Of a stretch of DNA of 64,000 nucleotides, positions 36,901 through 49,700 are shown one piece after another. Every line of letters begins with the position of its first letter. Position 1 is the first letter of the stretch. Position numbers and translations under genes: made by a program. The notes under the pieces were generated by a model. That model was not told where the DNA came from and did not search any database. It was given only the letters and a program-made list of their open reading frames with translations. The DNA is from Macrostomum lignano (taxonomy: Eukaryota): the NCBI GenBank assembly GCA_002269645.1, contig NIVC01000616.1, forward strand, positions 434,001-498,000, in the 5' to 3' direction.

Positions 36901-39900
36901 GAGTTGCGGGAGGAAGGGAGAATCCGTCTCATTCGATCCATGTACATACTCGTCTCAATCTGCACAATGTCTACGCCCTCCCGGGGTCGCTTCACAAGCT
37001 CGAAAAGCACTTTCTTTCACAAACCCGAAACTTCACAAGCTCGAAATTTCACATCCTCGAAAATTTTAGCAGGCGACTTCACAAGCTGCTAAAATGGTTT
37101 TCGATGTTGTGAAAGCAACCCGCCCTCCCTCACACCCTATGGACACCCTCCCTCACACCCTATGGACACCCTCCCTCACACCCTATGGACACCCTCTCTC
37201 ACACCCTATGGACACCCTCCCTCACACCCTATGGACACCCTCCCTCACACCCTATGGACACCCTCCCTCACACGCTATGGACACCCTCCCTCACACCCTA
37301 TGGACACCCTCCCTCACACCCTATGGACACCCTCCCTCACACGCTATGGACGCCCTCCCTCACACCCTATGGACACCCTCCCTCACACCCTATGGACACC
37401 CTCTCTCACACGCTATGGACACCCTCCCTCACACCCTAATGGACACCCTCCCTCACACCCTATGGACACCCTCCCTCACACCCTATGGACACCCTCTCTC
37501 ACACGCTATGGACACCCTCCCTCACACGCTATGGACACCCTCCCTCACACCCTATGGACACCCTCCCTCAAACCCAAATTACACCCTCCCTCACACCCTA
37601 TGGACACCCTCCCTCACACCCTATGGACACCCTCCCTCACACCCTATATTACACCCTCCCTCACACCCTATGGACACCCTCCCTCACACCCTATATTACA
37701 CCCTCCCTCACACCCTATATTACACCCTCCCTCACACCCTATGGACACCCTCCCTCACACCCTATGGACACCCTCCCTCACACCCTATGGACACCCTCCC
37801 TCACACCCTATATTACACCCTCCCTCACACCCTATATTACACCCTCCCTCACACCCTATGGACACCCTCCCTCACACCCTATGGACACCCTCCCTCACAC
37901 CCTATGGACACCCTCCCTCACACCCTATGGACACCCTCCCTCACACGCTATGGACACCCTCCCTCACACCCTATGGACACCCTCTCTCACACCCTATATT
38001 ACACCCTCCCTCACACCCTATGGACACCCTCTCTCACACCCTATGGACACCCTCCCTCACACCCTATGGACACCCTCCCTCACACCCTATGGACACCCTC
38101 CCTCACACCCTATGGACACCCTCCCTCACACCCTATGGACACCCTCCCTCACACCCTATATTACACCCTCCCTCACACCCTATATTACACCCTCCCTCAC
38201 ACCCTATGGACACCCTCCCTCACACCCTATGGACACCCTCCCTCACACCCTATGGACACCCTCCCTCACACCCTATGGACACCCTCCCTCACACGCTATG
38301 GACACCCTCCCTCACACCCTATGGACACCCTCTCTCACACCCTATATTACACCCTCCCTCACACCCTATGGACACCCTCTCTCACACCCTATGGACACCC
38401 TCCCTCACACCCTATGGACACCCTCCCTCACACCCTATGGACACCCTCTCTTCCACCCTATATTACACCCTCTCTCCCACCCTATATTACACCCTCCCTC
38501 ACACCCTATGGACACCCTCCCTCACACCCTATGGACACCCTCTCTCACACCCTATATTACACCCTCCCTCACACCCTATGGACACCCTCTCTCACACCCT
38601 ATATTACACCCTCCCTCACACCCTATGGACACCCTCTCTCACACCCTATATTACACCCTCCCTCACACCCTATGGACACCCTCTCTCACACCCTATATTA
38701 CACCCTCCCTCACACCCTATGGACACCCTCCCTCACACCCTATGGACACCCTCTCTCACACCCTATATTACACCCTCCCTCACACCCTATGGACACCCTC
38801 TCTCACACCCTATATTACACCCTCCCTCACACCCTATGGACACCCTCTCTCACACCCTATATTACACCCTCCCTCACACCCTATGGACACCCTCTCTCAC
38901 ACCCTATATTACACCCTCCCTCACACCCTATGGACACCCTCTCTCCCACCCTATATTACACCCTCCCTCACACCCTATGGACACCCTCCCTCACACCCTA
39001 TGGACACCCTCTCTCACACCCTATATTACACCCTCCCTCACACCCTATGGACACCCTCTCTCACACCCTATATTACACCCTCCCTCACACCCTATGGACA
39101 CCCTCTCTTACACCCTATATTACACCCTCCCTCACACCCTATGGACACCCTCTCTCACACCCTATATTACACCCTCCCTCACACCCTATGGACACCCTCT
39201 CTCACACCCTATATTACACCCTCCCTCACACCCTATGGACACCCTCTCTCCCACCCTATATTACACCCTCCCTCACACCCTATGGACACCCTCTCTCACA
39301 CCCTATATTACACCCTCCCTCACACCCTATGGACACCCTCTCTCCCACCCTATATTACACCCTCCCTCACACCCTATGGACACCCTCTCTCACACCCTAT
39401 ATTACACCCTCCCTCACACCCTATGGACACCCTCCCTCACACCCTATATTACACCCTCCCTCACACCCTATGGACACCCTCCCTCCCACCCTATATTACA
39501 GCCTCCATCACACCCTATGGACACCCTCTCTCCCACCCTATATTACACCCTCCCTCACACCCTATGGACACCCTCTCTCACACCCTATATTACACCCTCC
39601 CTCACACCCTATGGACACCCTCCCTCACACCCTATATTACACCCTCCCTCACACCCTATGGACACCCTCCCTCCCACCCTATATTACAGCCTCCATCACA
39701 CCCTATGGACACCCTCCCTCACACGCTATGGACACCCTCTCTCATCAGGCAGTGTACACCCTCCTCATCCAGTGTACGCCTGATCCCTATCAAGATGTAC
39801 AGCACTCCTCTCCCCATCTGCCAGCTCACCCGAAGTCAGGCAGCCAGAGAACACCCAGCACTGCCCGAACATCACAGGCCGCTTGTTGGTGTGAAATTCC

Positions 39901-42900
39901 TGGAAAATCTTCAAGCTGCCGGTCCACTCGGTGGGGCTCCGGCCGTCCTCGTAGTTCCCAGACCAGTTGCCGACCAGCAGGCCGCCCTCGTCGATGGAGT
40001 TGATCACGGCTGACAGGGCGCGGGCCACCTTGACGGGGTTGGCCCACTCCTCCCAGGCCAGCTGGGAGCCGGACAGCAGCAGCAGCACGCAGTCCAGGAC
40101 CGGAGACTCGAACTGGCGAGGGAACAGCGGGTGGATGAAGGGGAACTGGGGCTGGGAGATGAGAGTAGAGTTGGGAGAGTGAGGGGAGAGAGGGGAGGAG
40201 AAGGCAGGGCGAAAGAAAAGAGAGCGGGGGAAGAGGGAGAGTGGAATGGAGGGGAGAGAGGGGAGGGAGAGGGATGGGGATGGAAGGGAGAGAGGAGATG
40301 AAGGCGAGAAGGGAGGGAAAGGGGGGAGAGGGAGAGAAGGTGGAGCTGGGAAAGGAGAGTGTGATGGAGGGGAAAGAAGAATGTGATGTAGGGGAAGGAG
40401 AGTGTGATGGAGGGGAAAGGAGAGTGGGATGGAGGGGAAAGGAGAGTGGGATGGAGGGGAAAGGAGCGTGTGATGGAGGGGAAAGGAGAGTGTGATGGAG
40501 GGGAAAGGAGAGTGGGATAGAGGGGAAAGGAGAGTGGGATGGAGGGGAAAGGAGCCTGGGATGGAGGGGAAAGAAGAATGTGATGGAGGGGAAAGGAGAG
40601 TGTGATGGAGGGGAAAGGAGAGTGGGATGGAGGGGAAAGGAGAGTGGGATGGAGGGGAAAGGAGCGTGGGATGGAGGGGAAAGAAGAATGTGATGGAGGG
40701 GAAAGGAGAGTGTGATGGAGGGGAAAGGAGAGTGGGATGGAGGGGAAAGGAGAGTAGGATGGAGGGGAAAGGAGAGTGGGATGGAGGGGAGAGAGAGGAG
40801 AGGGGAGAGGAGAGAGGAGAGAGGGGAGAGTGTGGAAGGAGATTAAGGGGAGAGAGGGGACAGGGAGAGGGTGAGAGGCTCCCCTATAAATGTCAATGCC
40901 TCACCTGGCCGAAGAACCAGGGCTTGCCGGGGCCCCGCCAGGTGACGGGGTTGCGCAGGAACAGCATCCCGCTGTCCTCCATCACGAACTCCTGGCGCTC
41001 CTTGTCGACTCCCATGAACACGGGGTCGTCTAGTTCGGGGTTGGAGGGGTTTTGAAGCTCAGGTTGCCTCAAACTACAAGACTGGTTCCGATCTGATGTC
41101 TAACATGTTCCAGTCCGATATCTAACATGTTCCAAGCTGATATCTAACATGTTCCAAGCTGATATCTAACAGGTTCCGATCTGATATCTAACGTGTTCCA
41201 AGCTGATATCTAACATGTTCCAAGCTGATATCTAACATGTTCCAAGTTGATATCTAACATGTTCCAAGTTGATATCTAACATGTTCCGAGCTGATGTCTA
41301 ATATGTTCTAAGCTGATATCTAACAGGTTCCGATCTGATATCTAACAAGCTCCGATCTGATATCTAACATGTTCCAAGCTGATATCTAATATGTTCCAAG
41401 CTGATATCTGACAGGTTCCGATCTGATATCTAACATGTTCCAAGCTGATATCTAACATGTTCCAAGCTGATATCTAACATGACCCGATCTAATATCTAAC
41501 ATGTTCCGATCTGATATCTAACAGGTTCCGATCTGATATCTAACAGGTTCCGATCTGATATCTAACATGTTCCGATCTGATATCTAACAAGTTCCGATCT
41601 GATATCTAACAGGTTCCGATCTGATATCTAACAGGTTCCGATCTGATATCTAACAGGTTATAGCAGTGTTTAAACAGTTGGGATAACTGTAGTACATATC
41701 TAACAATCTCACAGAAGCCCCGAGCTCACCAATGTGAAAGGGATTGTAGATCAGCAGAATCTCGACATTGGCCTCCATTGAAACGGCCAGGCTGGGCGAG
41801 TGGAACAGGGTCACCTTGGTGATTCGGTACTTGGACACGGGAGCGTCAAAGCCTGCGCTCAGCTGCACGCACAGTGTAGTGCTGTCCGACTTGCTCTTCA
41901 CCTGACATACATTTGTTCATCACAACAGTTAACTTCATGCAGCACCAATTCGGGTTGGCATGAATCTACTTTCATCACTCACCAGATTCATTTTGAACGG
42001 GCATTTGTCATCCCCCGTCTGAGAGGATATCTGAAGTAAGACAGGGGTGAGATTTCACCATTAGATTATCGACCATGAGATTATCAACCTTGAGATTATC
42101 AACCATGAGATTATTAATCATGAGACTATCAACCATGAGATTATCGACCAGAGATTATCGACGAGAATAGACAGGAGTGAGAATGAACAAGATTGAGAAT
42201 AGACGAGTGAGAATATAAAAGACTGAGAATAGACAAGACTGAGAATAGACAAGACTGAGAATAAACAGGACAGAAGAGATCCAAGAGTGAGAATTGACAA
42301 GATTGAGAATTGACAAGAGTGAGAATTGACAAGATTGAGAATTGACAAGAGTGAGAGTAGACAAGATTGAGAATAGATTTTAGATTGAGAATAGACAAGA
42401 GTGAGAATAGACAAGATTGAGAATCGACAAGAGCGAGAATAGACAAGATTGAGCATAGACAAGAGTGAGCATAGACAAGATTGAGCATAGACAAGAGTGA
42501 GCATAGACAAGAGTGAGCATAGACAAGAGTGAGCATAGACAAGAGTGAGCATAGACAAGAGTGAGCATAGACAAGAGTGAGCATAGACAAGAGTGAGCAT
42601 AGACAAGAGTGAGCATAGACAAGAGTGAGCATAGACAAGAGTGAGCATAGACAAGAGTGAGCATAGACAAGAGTGAGCATAGACAAGAGTGAGCATAGAC
42701 AAGAGTGAGCATAGACAAGAGTGAGCATAGACAAGAGTGAGCATAGACAAGAGTGAGCATAGACAAGAGTGAGCATAGACAAGAGTGAGCATAGACAAGA
42801 GTGAGCATAGACAAGATTGAGAATGAGCTACCTGAAAAACATCAAACACATGTTGCAGAAGCAAAATCTAGCAAGCAAACAGCAATTATTCTTCAACAAA

Positions 42901-44704
42901 GTGATACCGAAAGCATACAATGTCCATTTATCAAACATAAAAATGACACCGGAAATCCTGTGCAACGACTAAGCAATGTCCTAAATAACCATAAGAAGCC
43001 ATATTGAGAAGCCACACCCGCCCACGCGCAGAATGGTGGCTAGCAGAAGTATTTTCGGTGCAAATTCGTCCTGCACCGACACGTCAATTCAACCAGCCAT
43101 GCATCCGCTCGTTTAGGCAAAAATTTGAAAGCCAAACTAAGAGTTTAATAATTCGAATGTTTAATTTAATAGAGTGCCTGCCCTTTTGTATATGTAAATT
43201 CGGTGCAGAATGCAGGTCACACAGAAAAAGTAAATTTTCAAAGCCCGCCAAATGTCCTTTGATTTGAAATAATCAATAAATACTTCCAAATTTAGCAACA
43301 AATTCCAAATTTGCAATCATAAAATATTACTAATAAAACAATATAAGGAATCCAAATATTAATAATACCAGAATGACACAACTGTAAAATATTCAAAATT
43401 AAGTAGCATAAAAGACTTTAATTAACAATCATACAGTAAAAAACAAAAGTAAAGTAACAAACAAGCTATAAAAAATTAAACATCATAAAATATCCCAAAT
43501 AATTCATAAACTGTCCCAAATTAACCATAAACTGTCCCAAATTAACCATAAAATACCCCTTGCTTCAGGTGCATTTAGAAATCCGCATCCTTCACCTCCT
43601 GCAGCGTCCAAATCCTGCGCAGCTTCTCCTGCCCGTAGCTCTCATTCGACATCGTCAAGGCGATGATGTTGATCCCCGAGTTCAGCTCGGCGTTGAACTT
43701 CAACATCAAGCGGAAAGGAGCGCCCCGGCGAACCACGAGGGCCGCCTGGGCCTCCTCGTTCTGCTGGTACTGACGGGTGTGGTGCAGGAACCCGTTGTCC
43801 CGGTGACAGAGGTCCAGGCTGACCTCTAAGTCATTGTGGAGGGGGGTTGCGTACGCGTGCACTTTTCTGACGTTTTGTTTCGCACAATGATCCCTAATCC
43901 CTATCCATACACGTGACTGATGCATTTAGCTCTGCACTGCTTTGCAATAAGCGATATGTCCATCCTGAATCACAGTGATGCTGACTGATCCTGACTGATC
44001 CTGAATCACAGTGATCCTGACTGATCCTGAATCACAGTGATCCTGACTGATCCTGAATCACAGTGATCCTGACTGATCCTGACTGATCCTGAATCACAGT
44101 GATCCTGACTGATCCTGAATCACAGTGATCCTGACTGATCCTAAATCACAGTGATCCTGACTGATCCTGAATCACAGTGATCCTGACTGATCCTGAATCA
44201 CAGTGATGCTGACTGATCCTGACTGATCCTGAATCACAGTGATCCTGACTGATCCTGAATCACAGTGATCCTGACTGATCCTGAATCACAGTGATCCTGA
44301 CTGATCCTGAATCACAGTGATCCTGACTGATCCTGAATCACAGTGATCCTGACTGATCCTGAATCACAGTGATCCTGACTGATCCTGACTGATCCTGAAT
44401 CACAGTGATGCTGACTGATCCTGAATCACAGTGATCCTGAATCACAGTGATGCTGACTGATCCTGAATCACAGTGATCCTGACTGATCCTGAATCACAGT
44501 GATGCTGACTGATCCTGAATCACAGTGATCCTGACTGATCCTGAATCACAGTGATGCTGACTGATCCTGAATCACAGTGATCCTGACTGATCCTGAATCA
44601 CAGTGATGCTGACTGATCCTGAATCACAGTGATGTGCTCCTACACTTAGACTCTACTTCAAAGCTCATTCACTCACCCGTAGGCATAGGCTTTGGCGAAG
44701 ACAT
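33928..44704 (-). CDS. tgm: protein-glutamine gamma-glutamyltransferase (transglutaminase), 11 exons, ~696 aa
   Basis: Exons 44704-44677, 43825-43596, 41901-41730, 41029-40905, 40112-39830, 36897-36759, 36559-36265, 35761-35386, 35266-35109, 34460-34321, 34072-33928 (2091 nt, all phases consistent, GT-AG). Motifs HHT...LVVRRG, PWFFGQF, GQCWVF (catalytic Cys), WNFHVWNE (His), GWQAVDATPQE (Asp), plus two C-terminal barrel-like regions. Confidence 0.95.
34570..35060. repeat. 17-bp G-rich minisatellite (T4G4-containing), transglutaminase intron 9
   Basis: Unit GGGGTGGTGGCTGTTTT and variants. Confidence 0.95.
35775..36205. repeat. 17-bp G-rich minisatellite (T4G4-containing), transglutaminase intron 7
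   Basis: Unit GGGGTGGTGGGTGTTTT / GGGAAGGTGGGTGTTTT. Confidence 0.95.
36578..36740. repeat. ~30-bp minisatellite, transglutaminase intron 6
   Basis: Unit TGTACATCCTGCCCCAGTCTATGTACAGTG, ~4-5 copies. Confidence 0.85.
37130..39740. repeat. 23-bp minisatellite (~2.6 kb), transglutaminase intron 5
   Basis: Units CCCTCCCTCACACCCTATGGACA and CCCTCCCTCACACCCTATATTACA. Confidence 0.97.
40190..40870. repeat. 22-bp GA-rich minisatellite, transglutaminase intron 4
   Basis: Unit GGAGGGGAAAGGAGAGTGGGAT. Confidence 0.9.
41085..41660. repeat. 22-bp minisatellite, transglutaminase intron 3
   Basis: Unit CTGATATCTAACATGTTCCAAG / ...CCGAT. Confidence 0.95.
42060..42820. repeat. 16-bp minisatellite, transglutaminase intron 2
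   Basis: Homogeneous GACAAGAGTGAGCATA core grading into degenerate GACAAGATTGAGAAT and GAGATTATC variants. Confidence 0.95.
43965..44635. repeat. 26-bp minisatellite, transglutaminase intron 1
   Basis: Unit CTGACTGATCCTGAATCACAGTGATC. Confidence 0.95.
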
Positions 44705-45279
44705 GTCTCACTTTGGTGGCTCAAAAACTGCAGATGCTCTGTGAATTAAACAGACGCGGCCGCATTATATGACAGGGTTAAGGCATTTCTATGCACAGCG
44801 AATCTGCAAGCCAGCCAGCCAGTGCCTCTATAACGGCTGGGCTATTTTTAGAACACGAGGGCAGACATGCAAAGGAGAGGTTGGCGCATGGTTGCTAAGC
44901 GACCATTGCAGGTGGCCTGTACGGCAGTTGCTTCACCCTACAAAGTTGAATTGAACAATTACGCTCGCGCAAACTCGCTGGGGTCGAAACAACTCAGAAA
45001 AGCGTTGCTTTGCTTTACGCCACACTCGGTTGTAACCACTAACACGCGCATAGAGGCAGACTTGAACCTGTGGCACAATAGTCTGCTGTTAAAATCAAAA
45101 TAACCCATGCCCAGGAGTGCATTGCTTATCAACAAAAGTTAACTCAGATGTTTTTCTGGGTCTAATAGATGTTTTCCTGCAAAACGGTAAACAGTTACAC
45201 AGCAAATTCGACTCATTTATTGTCATACTGTAGGTATAATTAGATGTAGCAATTATTAGAAAGGTTTATAGCGTTAGTC

Positions 45280-45600
45280 TGCCCAGCAACTGAGGGTCTG
45301 GAAGGCTGGCCCAGCAACTGAGGATCTGGGAGGCTGGCCCAGCAACTGAGGGTCTGGGAGGCTGGCCCCAGCAACTGAGGATCTGGGAGGCTGCCCCCAG
45401 CAACTGAGGGTCTGGGAGGCTGGCCCCAGCAACTGAGGATCTGGGAGGCTGCCCTCAGCAACTGAGGGTCTGGGAGGCTGGCCCCAGCAACTGAGAATCT
45501 GGGAGGCTGCCCCCAGCAACTGAGGGTCTGGGAGGCTGGCGCTAGCAACTGAGGGTTTGAGAGGCTGCCCCCAGCAACAGAGGGTCTGGGAGGCTGGCTG
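45280..45600. repeat. 29-bp minisatellite (intergenic)
   Basis: Unit GGCTGGCCCCAGCAACTGAGGGTCTGGGA. Confidence 0.9.
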
Positions 45601-46044
45601 ATTTGGGATACTTGTAGATAATGAAAGAAAATTGATTAAAGACAAAAGCCATAAGGTTTACCAAAACTCAAGAAGTCTCTGTGACTGACAGGGGTGTGCA
45701 AAATGGAACCGGTATGATTGAATAGGATAATATATTCTGGGATAAACTGTAAGCAACTCACACAGGCGGCAGCAAATGTACAAGCAAGCAGTAGAAATAA
45801 ATAACGAGAATAACTCAATTGCAATTACTCAGATTAAAAAATGCAAACTTGTTTACCGAAAGCTTATAGAAATTTTGAAGTAAAAATGCAAATTGACAGT
45901 TGTAAAACTGCAGCCGAGCAAGAATTGAGTTTTTAAAGCAAAACAGACCAGGTTAATGAAGGCAGTAACTGTGTGAGCAAGATTTATGACTTTAATTGAA
46001 ATGCCACCAAAAGAAAGGAAAGGCCCGGTCCTGAACTTGTCTTT

Positions 46045-46655
46045 GAGCATAGTCCTCAACTGGTCCTTCAAGGGTGGTCCTCAACTGGTCCTCTAAGAGG
46101 GTCCTCAACTGGTCCTCTAAGAGGGTCCTCAACTGGTCCTCAACTGGTCCTCCAAGAGTGGTCCTCAACTGGTCCTCTAAGAGTGGTCCTCAACTGGTCC
46201 TCTAAGAGTGGTCCTCAACTGGTCCTTATAAGACTGGTATAAGACTGGTATAAGACTGGTCAACTGGTCCTTATAAGAGTGGTCCTCAACTGGTCCTCTA
46301 AGAGTGGTCCTCAACTGGTCCTCCAAGAGTGGTCCTCAACTAGTCCTCCAAGAGTGGTCCTCAACTAGTCCTTCAAGAGTGGTCCTCAACTGGTCCTCTA
46401 AGAGTGGTCCTCAACTGGTCCTCCAAGAGTGGTCCTCAACTGGTCCTCCAAGAGTGGTCCTCAACTGGTCCTCAACTGGTCCTCCAAGAGTGGTCCTCAA
46501 CTGGTCCTCCAAGAGTGGTCCTCAACTGGTCCTCCAAGAGTGGTCCTCAACTGGTCCTCCAAGAGTGGTCCTCAACTGGTCCTCCAAGAGTGGTCCTCAA
46601 CTGGTCCTCTAAGAGTGGTCCTCAACTGGTCCTTCAAGAGTGGTCCTCAACTTTA
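46045..46655. repeat. 25-bp minisatellite just downstream of the FANCM stop
   Basis: Unit GTGGTCCTCAACTGGTCCTCCAAGA. Confidence 0.95.
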
Positions 46656-46750
46656 TAAGAGTGCTCATCAACTAGACTTAAAAATTGAACGCATGGTTTC
46701 ACAAGCCAGTCCTTCACGCAGGTCTTTCAGGAGTTTCTCAGCAATAAAAA

Positions 46751-49700
46751 TCACTGGAAATCGTCCGAGCTGTTATCCGCGTCATCCGCGCAGAACTGTG
46801 TGTCCTCCTGAATCACCACCAGCCTCCGTCGTTGCTGTTTCGCTTGCTGCTGCTTACTACTTTTAGTAGTATTATTTACAGCCGCTTTTGCTCGCCGCTT
46901 GCCCAGAGCGATGGCGGCAGACAGCGGCGACTTGGCGGTGGCGGCGGCGGGGCTGACGGCCTGCTCGTTGGGCACCAGGAAGGAGTCGAACTGGTACTCG
47001 GACTCGGGCGACTCCGGCACGCCAGCCCGCGGCAGCTGGGAGAACACCTCGGCGGGATTGAACGACCGGTCAGCCAGAGAGGGGATTTTAAACCGGCGCG
47101 CGGGACTCTGCTGCGCAGTAGCCAAACTGCGCAGGTAGATTGCGCGCATACCGCCAGTGGCGGCTACAGCGGAAGTTTCCGCTTCCTGTTGGGTGGCGTC
47201 GTCTACGAAGCTCGACCCGGCGTCGCTGTCCGCAGCATCCGATGCCTCATCGCTCGACACGAAATCCGCGTCGCTGTCAGTCAGGGCGGCCTCGTCGTCA
47301 AGGAAGTCGCAACCTCCGCCGCGATGTCGCCGAGGCCTCTTCCGTCTCGGGTCTCGCTGGGGCCGCTCCTCCCGTTCTCCAGAAGCCGGCAAAGCGGCTG
47401 CCAAAGACAGGGAGCGAGCCTGCGACTTGGACAAAGACTTCGGCTTCTGCTTCTTCTTGGCCAGAAGCTTCTTCTGCGAGGCAAGAAATGAAGACGCGGA
47501 CGCGGAGGAGGCGGAGCCGTTCAGCGCAGGGGATCCCGGCCGAGTCGGGGATGTTGATTTTCGCTTCATCGGGCGGGACGGCGACGCCCTGCTGAGCCGG
47601 GCATGACGAGTCGGAGTGGCCGGATTAGGAGGCGGGGGCGGCAGAGGTCGCAAGAAGTCATCGTCGCAGTCTTTGTTTATCTCCCCAGCAGCAGCAGCAG
47701 CAGCAGGCTTATCATTTGCATTTCTCTTTTTCTTTTCAAGCGATTGTTTTGGCAAAACTGGAGAATTCGACAGTTGGGTCAGTTCGGCAAGCCAGCTTGT
47801 GTCCAGCATCAATAGGTCCTCGTCATCATTAATTTTATTAGTCTTGTCATCATTAGTGCCGTTGCACTTTGGAGGAGTGGCTGGGGGCAGCTGCTTTATC
47901 AATTTCTGAGATGAAGCGCCCAGCTTGTCGAACACAGGGGAAGCTTCTGCCGACGGCTCCACTGGCTGGAACAGGTCGGTCTCGATTCGAAACATGTCGG
48001 CAGTGACAGAGGACGGAACAGCCGCGGGCAAGTTGGACGACTGTTCGCTGTCGTCTGTTGCTTCAAGGAGGCGCAGCGCCGCCGAGAAGTCCAGCTGGTT
48101 GTCCGCGTTGCGAGCTGCAGCTGCAGGGGCCGCCGCCGGCTCTGCCACCGACCAGGCCGTCAGAGGTCGGCGCGCAAGCGGCGTCGGCGCCTCCGGGGTT
48201 GCGACCGGCATCAGCTGGAAGATCTTCGAGAATATGCGGCCTCGTCGTCTGGCGGCTGAGTCAAACAATTTAGAGTCTTTGTTCGAATCTTTACAAATGG
48301 GAGTGTTCTGTACTGGAGGCACCGGCGAAGCGCAGACAGCAGTAGTCTTTGTTGCTTTGATGTCGCAATTGTGGTTTTTGTTTACCCAGCCAATGGTTCC
48401 AATAGACTGGCTAGGGGTAGCGATATTGAGATCTTTGTCCGGCTTAAATAGTACCCCCCTTTCACACTCCCGACTGGCTTTAGGAGTGGAGGCGGCGGCG
48501 GTCTTAGGTACAGCTGACTCCGCATCAAGCTGGTCTTTGTAGTCATTATCAGTGGCAGATGGAACTACAACAAAGGCGACTTGCTTTTCTAGGTCTTTGT
48601 CCAAATCGCGGCTGTAGTCTTTGTTTGCAGACACAGTGAAGCCTAGGCTGCCAATTCGGCCAATTGTTCTAGGCGTTGCATTCTCGGTGCTACTAACCGG
48701 TTGCACTGGTCTTTGTTCCTCCAGGTCTTTATTCTGCTGCGCTGGTCTTTGTTCCTCCAGGTCTTTATTCTGCTGCGCTGGTCTTTGTTCCTCCAGGTCT
48801 TTATTCTGCTGCGCTGGTCTTTGTTCCTCCAGGTCTTTATTCTGCTGTGCTGGCCTTTGTTCCTCTAGGTCTTTATTCTGCTGTGCTGGTCTTTGTTCCT
48901 CCGGGTCTTTATTCTTCTGAACTGGTCTTTGTTCCTCTAAGCTGCCCAAATCTGCGATAGCAAAGCTGACCCGCTTCTGCGAGCAGCGCGGCAGGCTCTG
49001 GAACACGGAGCCAAACTTGGTTGGCCGCTGGCTAGCCAGCACCACCAAGTCCTCGGGCGGCGGCTTCTGGTCCTCAGCCGAGGCGAACAGATTGTCCACT
49101 GACCAGTTCTCGGCGCCGTCCAGCAGCTGCCAGTTGCTGTCGCCATCAGCAGCGGCTGGCTTCGACTTCAGCAGCAGCGTGGGCAGCAGCCGGCTGCGCT
49201 CCGACCGCCACTCCTCGGCCAGCTGGTCGACAATTTCGCCGACATCGTCCGGTTCGTCGGCGCTCAGCAGGCATTGAATCGCCGACTGCAGCGACTCCAG
49301 CTCGGCGGCCGTGGCGGGCTGGAACGGACGCAGCGAGTACAAAGGCCGCCTGGACGACGTTGCCTCGGCCAGCGACATGGTCGGCTCTGCCGCGGCAATG
49401 GAGGCGGCGGAGGCGGCAGCCTGTGACGATAGCCGATGCCGCCGGACCGCTGCGGAGCTGCGAAACACGGGCGAAATCGGCGCGCCGTCCGTCTGAAGGT
49501 CGTTGGCATTTTCTGCAGGGGCCTCGGCATCTGCGACAGCAGCAGGAGAGGTGGAGAAGGTGGCGATGTCTGCAATTAACATCATCATTATCATCAACAT
49601 CGTCATCATCATAATCATCATTATCATTATCAACATAATCATCATCAACATAATCATCATCAACATAATAATCATCATCATCATCATCAACATCATCATC

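Noticed and set aside
37094-40013. Very long + strand ORFs (842-969 aa)
   Set aside because: They are translations of the 23/24-bp intronic minisatellite, which lacks stops in several frames; they lie antisense within transglutaminase intron 5.
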